Origin: a virus
Taxonomy: Duplodnaviria; Caudoviricetes
Reading direction: 5' to 3' (one strand)
IMG/VR virus record: IMGVR_UViG_3300037312_000330
Span: 32,001-96,000 of that record
Length of the DNA stretch: 64,000 nucleotides
Numbering within the stretch: the stretch's first letter is position 1; the number at the start of each line of letters is the position of its first letter. The notes under the pieces were generated by a model that ran no database searches, was not told where the DNA came from, and saw nothing but the letters and a program-made list of their open reading frames with translations. Shown here piece by piece: positions 48,315 to 56,086 of this stretch. Made by a program: the position numbers and the translations under genes.

Positions 48315-48963
48315 GCCCGAGAAAAAGAAAGACGGCGAAAAGAAGCTGTCTCCACTGGAAAAGGCCCGTCTGGCTAAGAAGGCTGGCAAGGGTGGAAAGA
48401 AGCCTGCGAAAAAGAAGAACGCACCTCCGGTGTTCAAGGCCCCTGACGAATTCAAGCCGTTCTTCTTCCGTGCTGCTGTCAAGATCGCCAAAGATGGTTT
48501 CATCCAAGACGTCAAGATGGTCCGCATCAAAGGCAGTCTCACCAACGAGAATGCCAAGACAGTCGACATGTCCGAGTGGGATCCGGTTACCTTCAACCGT
48601 TTCTGCACGCGATACGGCACTGGAACGTTTGCTACCAACATCGCGAAGCGTCTGCCTCCCGGTCAGATGGTCAAGTTCGCAGGTCGCGTGTCCATCAAGT
48701 CCACGACTGGTGGCCTGAACGTAAGCCTCAAGGAATTCAAGCTTGTGGACACAACCACCAAGAAGGCCAAGGAAATTGGTCCGAAGAGTTCCAAGGAACT
48801 GGCTTCTGTGTATCGTCTGGCACGCAAGCCCGCGAAGTTCCTGCCCGCCGCTTTCGTCAATGTGAAGCCCTTCCCGTCCGGTGCCGAACTCAAGGCGATG
48901 GCAAAGGAAAAGGACAGCGAGTCCGAAGTCAAGATCAAGAGCAAGAAGAAATCCAAGAAGTAA
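48280..48963 (+). CDS. Lysine-rich putative DNA-binding protein
   Basis: Very basic termini; strong codon bias; TGTAAATA upstream. Confidence 0.7.
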   Translation: MAKTAKEKKGAKPEKKKDGEKKLSPLEKARLAKKAGKGGKKPAKKKNAPPVFKAPDEFKPFFFRAAVKIAKDGFIQDVKMVRIKGSLTNENAKTVDMSEWDPVTFNRFCTRYGTGTFATNIAKRLPPGQMVKFAGRVSIKSTTGGLNVSLKEFKLVDTTTKKAKEIGPKSSKELASVYRLARKPAKFLPAAFVNVKPFPSGAELKAMAKEKDSESEVKIKSKKKSKK

Positions 48964-48973
48964 TCGGACCACA

Positions 48974-49002
48974 AACCGGGACGCTATGTCCCGGTTCTCT
49001 TT
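48974..49002 (+). terminator. Terminator-like hairpin
   Basis: AACCGGGAC/GTCCCGGTT followed by CTCTTT. Confidence 0.6.
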
Positions 49003-49020
49003 CCTACAGGTACTTGAATC

Positions 49021-49818
49021 ATGTCGCTCAAGCTGCCAGAAGAATACGTGCTAGCGCGAGAGATCTACAATATGATCGCTTGCGTACCAATCGGTCAGAA
49101 GATCAGTCGCAACGAGATCAACATGCGACTGAGAGCACAAAGCAATGACAAGAAGATAGGGATCATCAGCAAGGTACTTCGCAGTATGTTGCTTCTTGAC
49201 CAGATCCAGAAGCGAATGCACCGCGAGTCGTGCCAAGTGGTCTTTTGGGCAACAGCTAGTTCCACAGAACGTGGGGAGCAGATCTTTATTCGCGATGGTG
49301 AAGAGCAGCCCACCAACTATCTGGTGGATCCACCGCCACCTAAGCCTGCACCTACTCCAGCACCTTTACCTGTTCCACCTAAGGTCGTTCCACCGCCAGA
49401 ACCGGAATCATTGCTGACGCAGGTCAAGGCATTCTTGAACAAACGCGAAACGGGCTGCACATTGCGCGTCCTATTGCACCATTTCCCACTGCGTAAGCAG
49501 GAAGTAATCGATCTAGTTCACACACTGTGGCAGGATGGTGAATTGGGAATGGACAGCACTTCAAGCCGTTCAAACGTGTACTTGTGGCTTCCTCACGTAA
49601 AGACAAGCTACGTCAATGACGTACTGCTTGATACATCCAAAGAGGATGAAACTGAAAAGGAAGAAGACACAAGTGACGACGAGGAGTTCTACATGATGCG
49701 AGACTTGAAGTCGAAACGTAATCGCGTTCTGTTGCGACCGACTGGAGACACTATCGTGCTAACGGTTGAAGAGATTGAATGGATAAAGAAACTGAAGAAA
49801 CCGTATGTGACGCTCTAG
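49021..49818 (+). CDS. Hypothetical protein, possibly two winged-helix domains with Pro-rich linker
   Basis: 265 aa; PPPPKPAPTPAP linker. Confidence 0.6.
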   Translation: MSLKLPEEYVLAREIYNMIACVPIGQKISRNEINMRLRAQSNDKKIGIISKVLRSMLLLDQIQKRMHRESCQVVFWATASSTERGEQIFIRDGEEQPTNYLVDPPPPKPAPTPAPLPVPPKVVPPPEPESLLTQVKAFLNKRETGCTLRVLLHHFPLRKQEVIDLVHTLWQDGELGMDSTSSRSNVYLWLPHVKTSYVNDVLLDTSKEDETEKEEDTSDDEEFYMMRDLKSKRNRVLLRPTGDTIVLTVEEIEWIKKLKKPYVTL

Positions 49819-49826
49819 CAAATGAA

Positions 49827-49848
49827 AACGGGACCCTAAGGTCCCGTT
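49827..49848. terminator. Hairpin between convergent genes
   Basis: AACGGGACC/GGTCCCGTT. Confidence 0.65.
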
Positions 49849-49859
49849 GTAATGCCTGA

Positions 49860-50483
49860 TTAGGCAGCGTGGAAGGCCAGCGCTCCACCAATCTGTAGCC
49901 ACTTGCCAGCCGCAGTGTAGATGAACATCGTTGCGCCAACTTGGTTCGCTGTTCCAGCACCGTTAGCACCGGCCAGCGAGAAGTTAGAACCCCAAGTGAT
50001 TGTCCGACTGCCGGTTCCGTCCTGTGTGAACGTGAACACAAGGATCTTACCAACTGCGGCCTTCGTCGGATTCGCCACAGTGATGTTGCCGGTCAACGTT
50101 CCCACCGAGATGTGCGTCACAGCGTCACTAGCCGCTGGGGTGATCGTCGCCGCATACGCGATCGGAGTGCTGGACGGAGGAGCCAGACGACCACCAGCCG
50201 AGTTGTCAGAAATCGGCACCACGGCGTCGTCTTGAGCGATGACGAATCCGCCAGCACTCTTGACAGTGACGCGGAACGTGCTGTTGCCAGCACGGACGTA
50301 GCAATCGACTTGACCGTCGGAGTCCAGAGCGATAGCATTGCCTGTCAGTTGCTGCGTACCAGCAGCGTCAGCGTACAGACGCACCTTGTTGTTGGAACCT
50401 GTTTCCGTGATGTAGGCGGTTCCGACAGCAGGAGCGCCATTCACGGTAAAGCGACGTGTCAGTCGCAGAACTGGATAGCCCAT
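49860..50483 (-). CDS. Isolated virion-like (fibre/decoration) protein
   Basis: LYADAAG..LDSDG N-terminal domain; FTQDGTGSRTITW motif. Confidence 0.65.
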   Translation of the reverse strand: MGYPVLRLTRRFTVNGAPAVGTAYITETGSNNKVRLYADAAGTQQLTGNAIALDSDGQVDCYVRAGNSTFRVTVKSAGGFVIAQDDAVVPISDNSAGGRLAPPSSTPIAYAATITPAASDAVTHISVGTLTGNITVANPTKAAVGKILVFTFTQDGTGSRTITWGSNFSLAGANGAGTANQVGATMFIYTAAGKWLQIGGALAFHAA

Positions 50484-50759
50484 TGTGTGTTTTCCTATAG
50501 GATGGTTGATAAAGCAAGAGCGACTTGCATAATCAAACTAGCATGTGCCAGTATGAGAATAAATGGAACAAGGAACACCAACGAACTGTAAATAGGCAGC
50601 ACAACCAACGTCAAATAATGCAGCCGGAATCCGGATATCTCCGGATTTCCATTGGGGCACCTACGAAACAATGCATCCTAGTCTGTAGATATCTGGTTGA
50701 TAACCAGTGCAGTGCGATGAACAGAGTTCGTCAATCCTAAGATCTACAATAGGCGTAAC

Positions 50760-51216
50760 GATGCAACCGAAAGGCGTATAAACCACGGGTAAGCGTGAAC
50801 TTACTCGTGAGGGTGAATCGCGTCAAATTCGGCGAAAGACAAACACTGGACGAGTGCCACCGCAGCCGCGTACCACTATGACTCCTTTATGTCCAACGCC
50901 GAGCCAAACACAGTGACAGGTGACTAATCATCACTATCCACCGTACTGCACGGTGGTATCGCCTTGAAAGCGTTTTGTCATGTGGAGGTGTAGAGACTTG
51001 ACGGCGCGCTCCTAAATCAGCACTCACCTCCTGGATTAGATCCCAGGAACTCCAAGCGACATTCGATCTGTGTGGCGCATAGCCTCGTACGATCGGTTTC
51101 TCTTGGGTTAAAAAGGTGTGGCATTTATCGCTATATGCTGACATGGAGAAGACAAAGTCCAACGGTGGCTATACACATCACCTCCGGGTGCATGATGCTA
51201 CCGAGCTTCCTTAGCG
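50760..51216 (+). ncRNA. Group I intron-like ribozyme in intergenic DNA (ends approximate)
   Basis: P AAATTCGGCGAA (50825), Q AACGCCGAGCC (50895), R GGTGTAGAGACTT (50987), S GAAGACAAAGTCC (51148); P2-P9 helices can be formed. Confidence 0.8.
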
Positions 51217-51267
51217 TAAACAACCATCGCCGGTCTGACCGGCATATCTTCGAAAAGGAAATAAATC

Positions 51268-51957
51268 ATGCCGAGCAGCAAAGAAGAGAAGCCGAATCCC
51301 ACTCGGGAGCTGGCCCTGTCCCGTATCGCAGTGGTAGTCAGCAAGTACAAGATCATCAAACTCTCCGTGCTTATTCAGGACGTCGTGAAGCACACGTTCG
51401 GCGATACCGCGAACAAGGATTCTGAGAAGGCAGATCGCGCCCACAAGCTGATTGCTGGTCTGATCAACTCGCTTGTGGAAGACGGCACTGTCGGACAGTT
51501 CAACTTCTCGCGCACGTTGAAGCACGATGGTTCTGACCGCCCGAGCACTATCACAGAGACGATCATCGTAGAAGGTGGTTTCAGTCTCAACGGATATGTC
51601 CCGGAAACGCCTGTAGTTGTCGATTCCGACACGCAAGAGCACAATGAAGAAGGCGATGATGACGACGGAGAGCTGTTCTCTTCGATCGACGAAGATGACT
51701 TTCTCGAAATCCTCGAGAAGCGCACAAGTGGTTTTGCAATCATCAATTACAAGGGAAATAACTCCGAACGAGAGCTCTATGTCAAGAGCACCCCTAACGA
51801 GGCGCTCGGAAAGTATCTGAACCTGATTGGAGAGGACGGCAACTCGCCGGATGTCTTCGCTCTGGTTCCGGTAGAACTCGAGATCAAGTCTATGCTTGGC
51901 AAGCCTGTGGAAGTCAAGGAAACCGAAGGTGATGTGCCGGAAGTCGCCGCAGGGTGA
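51268..51957 (+). CDS. Hypothetical acidic protein
   Basis: 229 aa, RBS AAGGAA. Confidence 0.8.
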   Translation: MPSSKEEKPNPTRELALSRIAVVVSKYKIIKLSVLIQDVVKHTFGDTANKDSEKADRAHKLIAGLINSLVEDGTVGQFNFSRTLKHDGSDRPSTITETIIVEGGFSLNGYVPETPVVVDSDTQEHNEEGDDDDGELFSSIDEDDFLEILEKRTSGFAIINYKGNNSERELYVKSTPNEALGKYLNLIGEDGNSPDVFALVPVELEIKSMLGKPVEVKETEGDVPEVAAG

Positions 51958-52249
51958 GGAACTGGACGACGCACTGAACTCTCCGATCGTCAAACAGCAT
52001 CCGTTCAGCCACACAGTTAGTAGCGACATCACGTTTTGCTACGATCTGTCAGCAGCACCGAAGAAACAGAAGATGATGCTTTTGACGGTCTATGGGGTTG
52101 CAGTAGAAGGCTTTCTCACGGGCAATCCAGAACGAGACAAGGACATCATGGCGTGGTATCCACTGCCTGACCGTGACAAAGAACTAGAAGAACAACTCAA
52201 GAAAGAAGGCAAGCTGCCGTGGACAAAACTAGCTATGACCTCGCGCTAG
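51932..52249 (+). CDS. Hypothetical protein
   Basis: Phage-type AWYPLP motif; start uncertain. Confidence 0.55.
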   Translation: MCRKSPQGEELDDALNSPIVKQHPFSHTVSSDITFCYDLSAAPKKQKMMLLTVYGVAVEGFLTGNPERDKDIMAWYPLPDRDKELEEQLKKEGKLPWTKLAMTSR

Positions 52250-52842
52250 ACATGGACGAGACAATGTGCTCATTCGTGAGCGCAGTTATCGAAAAGATGC
52301 GTCCGCACTTTCCAGACAAGCAATTGAAGTTGCCTGCGTATGGAAAATACACTCGTTGGTTCAAGGACTACTTCCCTGGACAGGACAGGGAAGTGCTTGC
52401 GAAACATGTCTTCAACGATGATTTCTATCTTGGATTGCGGCCAATTCTCAACGGATTTGACGGTCATACCATCGAGAAGCTGAGTCGCGCATGTTGGGAA
52501 AGATTTGATCGCATCAAGGTACTTACCTTCAGAGACGGCATGATGCAGAATCCAAAGGAAGTCACCCAGGAGTGGTTGAAACGAAACGGATTTGTGGACA
52601 GCGAACGCGTAGACGTCCACGTGCTAAAGGGGTCAGAGTCCAAGCTGTCATATGTCAAACGCAGCACAGTGTTTGTAGATGACAGTCTCACGGTAGCTGA
52701 CGAAGTAACGGCAAGCAAGGAACATCACATGATCCTTGTTAGTCACCCATGGAACGACGGTTACGCTCGTAAAGCAAATTGCACGATTACTCCAGTGCGT
52801 CGCATGATTGAACGGATCGGTGCAGCACGCGACATGTTGTAA
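52219..52842 (+). CDS. HAD-superfamily nucleotidase (NT5C-like)
   Basis: LALDMDETM; VFVDDS; HPWN. Confidence 0.75.
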   Translation: MDKTSYDLALDMDETMCSFVSAVIEKMRPHFPDKQLKLPAYGKYTRWFKDYFPGQDREVLAKHVFNDDFYLGLRPILNGFDGHTIEKLSRACWERFDRIKVLTFRDGMMQNPKEVTQEWLKRNGFVDSERVDVHVLKGSESKLSYVKRSTVFVDDSLTVADEVTASKEHHMILVSHPWNDGYARKANCTITPVRRMIERIGAARDML

Positions 52843-52882
52843 AGTAAGGTTACGTTCATCATCCTAATCTGAAAGGAAAATC

Positions 52883-53659
52883 ATGGGAAAGCTGTTTGAA
52901 CTTCTGGCCGCAGAAAAGACGCTGTCTGCTGCTGCGGATAAATTGATCACCGAAACGAAGGCCAAGTTCCAGAAGGCCGACACCTACTTCAAGGGTCACA
53001 TCAAGACTCTGAAGATGCTGGAAAGCAAGCCGGAGAATGAGGCCATTGAGAACGCGGCCCGCGACGAGAAGACTATTAGCACGAACGTGGTCGATACGCT
53101 CCAGTACACACTGGATCATTGGGCTAAAGCGGAAGACTGCATCTTCCAGAAGAACTGCACCAACCAGACCGCTACTGCTGACCTTGAGTACCGTGGCACC
53201 TGCATCAGGACCGGCGTTCCAGTCGATGAACTTATGGGTCTTGAGAACCGCCTGAAGGATCTGCGCGGTATGATTCAAGAAATGCCTACCCTGGACGCAT
53301 CCAAAGACTGGGAGCCGGATAGCACTCGCGGTGCCGGATACTGGAAAGCGAAGAACCAGGAAGTCACAACCAAGACCGAGAAGCAGATGACCCCGGTCGT
53401 GCTGTACGCAGCCACCGACAAACATCCGGCGCAAGTCAAGGAAGTATCGAAGGATGTAGTGATCGGATCGTTCACGCAACTGTTCTTCTCAGGTGCTGGC
53501 ACAACCGTTGGCAAGTCAGAAGCTATCAAGGCTATCGACGACATGATCGTCGAATGCCGCAAGGCACGAAATCGCGCGAACACGGTCGAGACCGTGAACG
53601 CAAACATCGGGTCCACAATCGTGAGCCTGATCATGCAAGAGATTGTTCGTGTAGCCTAA
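52883..53659 (+). CDS. Conserved phage protein, DUF7873-like (family recalled from memory)
   Basis: KLFELLAAEK; GVPVDELMGLE; MPTLD; ATDKHPAQV; FSGA; KARNRAN; strong codon bias. Confidence 0.7.
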   Translation: MGKLFELLAAEKTLSAAADKLITETKAKFQKADTYFKGHIKTLKMLESKPENEAIENAARDEKTISTNVVDTLQYTLDHWAKAEDCIFQKNCTNQTATADLEYRGTCIRTGVPVDELMGLENRLKDLRGMIQEMPTLDASKDWEPDSTRGAGYWKAKNQEVTTKTEKQMTPVVLYAATDKHPAQVKEVSKDVVIGSFTQLFFSGAGTTVGKSEAIKAIDDMIVECRKARNRANTVETVNANIGSTIVSLIMQEIVRVA

Positions 53660-53669
53660 ATTGCTACAC

Positions 53670-53866
53670 GATGTGAAGGTTTGGCAACCGTTGTCGTTGT
53701 AATCTAGGGGCGATTGATGGTTCGAATCCATCCCCTCGCGCTGAGCGCATTCATTCAGAGTGCATTGAGCGCGAGGGTGGCAGAACTTGGATATTGCGCC
53801 AGCCGCGAAGCTGGGCCCCGACAGAGTTAACGTCATCATCATCGTTACGCCAAACATCATTCACAT
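53670..53866 (+). ncRNA. Circularly permuted tRNA-like RNA 1 (class II-like; YrlA-like topology)
   Basis: T-arm 53716-53732 precedes D-arm 53780+; acceptor CCCTCGC/GCGAGGG closed by a hairpin; 5' and 3' ends pair. Confidence 0.75.
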
Positions 53867-53876
53867 GAGGTTCGCA

Positions 53877-54065
53877 AGTCTGTAGTCCTTGGCGATGATC
53901 CGGCCGTCATACATAGTTGGCCGGAACTATACAACTCGAGACGCTGGTTCGATTCCAGCCCCGCGATCCAAAGCGCATTCCAAAGAGTGTTCTTTGGTCG
54001 CGGGTAGCTTAGCGGTAGAGCGTGAGTCTATACATCATCTTCATCCAAACCACGCCAGTGTAGAC
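53877..54065 (+). ncRNA. Circularly permuted tRNA-like RNA 2 (encoded CCA; YrlA-like topology)
   Basis: T-arm 53943-53959, CCCGCGA-T-CCA, linker, TCGCGGG, D-arm; anticodon stem TGAGT/ACTCG. Confidence 0.75.
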
Positions 54066-54224
54066 ACGCAGCTTGTGATGTGACTTGACAGTCCGGAGTT
54101 CGGTGCCGATATTTGGGTATAAATTTCTGCACCGATCTCTCTCTTAATTGCATTTCAGACAGTGCCATTAAGAGAGATCTATTACGGTCGTTAGTTTGAT
54201 AGCCCAACGCCAACAGGAAATAAT

Positions 54225-54518
54225 ATGAAAGTAGATCCGCTGTTCGATCGTGCCTTGGTTCGCGAAATCGAACCCTCCACAGTTTCCGCTGGTGGAATCA
54301 TGCTCCTCGACACCGCGAACAGCGGATGCTCGCAGGGGGAAGTCGTTGCGGTTGGCCCGGGCCGACGCACAAAGGATGGTAGCTACGTTGGGATGGCTGT
54401 CCAAGTTGGCGACATCGTCCTGTACAAACCAACGGCCGGTGACATCGTCACGTTCAACGGCGAAGAGCTTCTGATGATGAGCGAAGGTGAAATGCTGGCT
54501 CGCCTTTGTAAGGAATAA
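54225..54518 (+). CDS. groES: Co-chaperonin GroES
   Basis: PLFDRALV; SAGGIML; GEVVAVGPG; VQVGDIVLY. Confidence 0.95.
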   Translation: MKVDPLFDRALVREIEPSTVSAGGIMLLDTANSGCSQGEVVAVGPGRRTKDGSYVGMAVQVGDIVLYKPTAGDIVTFNGEELLMMSEGEMLARLCKE

Positions 54519-54525
54519 GAACAAC

Positions 54526-54602
54526 GGGTCGTTAGCTCAGATGGTTAGAGCAGGCGACTCATAATCGCTTGGTCGCTGGTTCGAATCCAGCACGACCTAC
54601 CA
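54526..54602 (+). tRNA. tRNA-Ile2(CAT) (lysidine type; Met not excluded)
   Basis: Cloverleaf; arms match E. coli ileX; CCA. Confidence 0.85.
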
Positions 54603-54607
54603 AACAC

Positions 54608-54683
54608 GACAGATTCATCTAGAGGTCTAGGATATCGCCCTTTCACGGCGAGTACACGGGTTCGAATCCCGTATCTGTCTCCA
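54608..54683 (+). tRNA. tRNA-Glu(TTC)
   Basis: Cloverleaf, CCA. Confidence 0.9.
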
Positions 54684-54686
54684 GTA

Positions 54687-55055
54687 TGTCACTTGAGTGA
54701 GGGGTAAAGCCAAACCCTTGGACTACCGTCGTTATGGCCGACGGAATAGCTGCTCTTCGGAATCCCGCAAGGAGCCTTTGCAAGTGACAGTAATCGACGT
54801 TGCGTCGAAATGCTGATCCGCGTCAGCCATTAAAACCCGTAGCAGCGGATATCGGGAACAAACGACAAAGTCAATCCTTGCAGGCTGAGAACGAGACTCA
54901 GTGCCCGCGTGAGAACCGGTGGGTGTTATCGGACACCCCAACGATAGTGACAGAGAGCTCCCGATGGACGGCCATTTAGCCGGACTCTGGGGTGTTAGCG
55001 GATGTTGTTTAGACATTTCTGCTTCTATCGTTAGAGCGTAGCGTGACAAGGATTG
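54687..55055 (+). ncRNA. Unclassified structured RNA(s) between tRNAs
   Basis: Closing stems TGTCACTTG/CAAGTGACA and CAATCCTTG/CAAGGATTG with inner hairpins. Confidence 0.45.
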
Positions 55056-55067
55056 CCCAAATTAAAT

Positions 55068-55144
55068 CGGGGTGTAGCTCAGTCCGGTAGAGTTCATGCT
55101 TTGGGAGCATGCTGTCGCAGGTTCGAATCCTGTCGCCCCGACCA
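55068..55144 (+). tRNA. tRNA-Pro(TGG)
   Basis: Cloverleaf, CCA. Confidence 0.92.
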
Positions 55145-55161
55145 TCACAACAGGAGATAGT

Positions 55162-55611
55162 ATGGCTATACGTAGGATCTTAGCAGGCAACGAAGACAAG
55201 ACGTTGTACGAGCGCCTCGGTGGCGTCTTTGCTATCGCTGCTGTGGTAAACGACTTCAGCGATGCTATCTTGAAGAATCCTGTAGTTGGAACCAAATCAA
55301 AGAACGAAGCACTTCGCAAATGGTCGAACGATCAACTGGACAGACTCCCAGGACTAAAGTGGATGCGCACTTTGTGGGTGTGTGACGCTACAGGTGGTCC
55401 TTATGAATATCATGCGACAGTTCCAGGATCAAACAAGATGGATCTGAGTGCTGCGCACAGAAAGTTCCACATTACAAGCGAAGAATTTGATGCTGTCGCT
55501 GACGTACTGTCCAAGACACTTGACAAGTTCAAAGTGCCAAAGAAAGAGAAAGATGAAGTGCTAGCTGCGTTCGCGGCACACAAGAAGGAAGTGACTGGTT
55601 CTGCTTCCTGA
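55162..55611 (+). CDS. Group I truncated (2/2) haemoglobin
   Basis: TLYERLGG..AI.AVV..F; TGGPYEY; AAHRKFHITSEEFDAV (proximal His). Confidence 0.9.
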   Translation: MAIRRILAGNEDKTLYERLGGVFAIAAVVNDFSDAILKNPVVGTKSKNEALRKWSNDQLDRLPGLKWMRTLWVCDATGGPYEYHATVPGSNKMDLSAAHRKFHITSEEFDAVADVLSKTLDKFKVPKKEKDEVLAAFAAHKKEVTGSAS

Positions 55612-55733
55612 CAACGCTTCAGTGCGTAGTGCTTCGGTACAGGTCAAGTCAGTGGTGTCGATGAGAAATCGGACCGCAAGTGTCAGCCGTTCGAATCGGT
55701 CTTCGCATTTCTCTTCATACAAAGGAGTTTCCA

Positions 55734-56078
55734 ATGTCTCTAGCAACTGCATTCGCAAATCTCAAATCTCACGTGGAAGCAATGTTCACCGATCTGAAGA
55801 ACGGTGTCCAGCTTCAAGAACAGCACCTGCACGATCTGGTTTCGCATGTCGAAACTGTGGGAGAACACATCGCACAAGGTGGTCGCACTCTGATCACTGT
55901 GGACTTCGGTAATATCGCTGTCGCGGATGCCGAGGCCGCTCTCGAGAAGATCATGGCAGAATTTTCCTCGGCAAAGATCTCCAGCATCGTGCAAGAAGCC
56001 GAGACTGCAGTACAGTCTGCTGTTTCCAGCGAACCTGCTGCGGTACCCGCCGCTCCAGCAACGACAGCAGCACAATGA
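55734..56078 (+). CDS. Hypothetical helical protein
   Basis: RBS AAGGAG; 114 aa. Confidence 0.7.
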   Translation: MSLATAFANLKSHVEAMFTDLKNGVQLQEQHLHDLVSHVETVGEHIAQGGRTLITVDFGNIAVADAEAALEKIMAEFSSAKISSIVQEAETAVQSAVSSEPAAVPAAPATTAAQ

Positions 56079-56086
56079 GATAGAAT

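Noticed and set aside
50525-51425. ORFs 50525-50740, 50887-51162 and 51072-51425 as exons or genes
   Set aside because: No RBS or coding bias; they overlap ribozyme helices; no splice I tried joined them into a sensible ORF.
53670-54065. Permuted elements as a two-piece tmRNA
   Set aside because: No G3-U70 alanine determinant and no tag reading frame; there are two independent acceptor stems.
55624-55708. Degenerate tRNA-like sequence (CCG-TTCGAAT-CGG)
   Set aside because: Weak stems, no CCA and no anticodon arm; at best a remnant.
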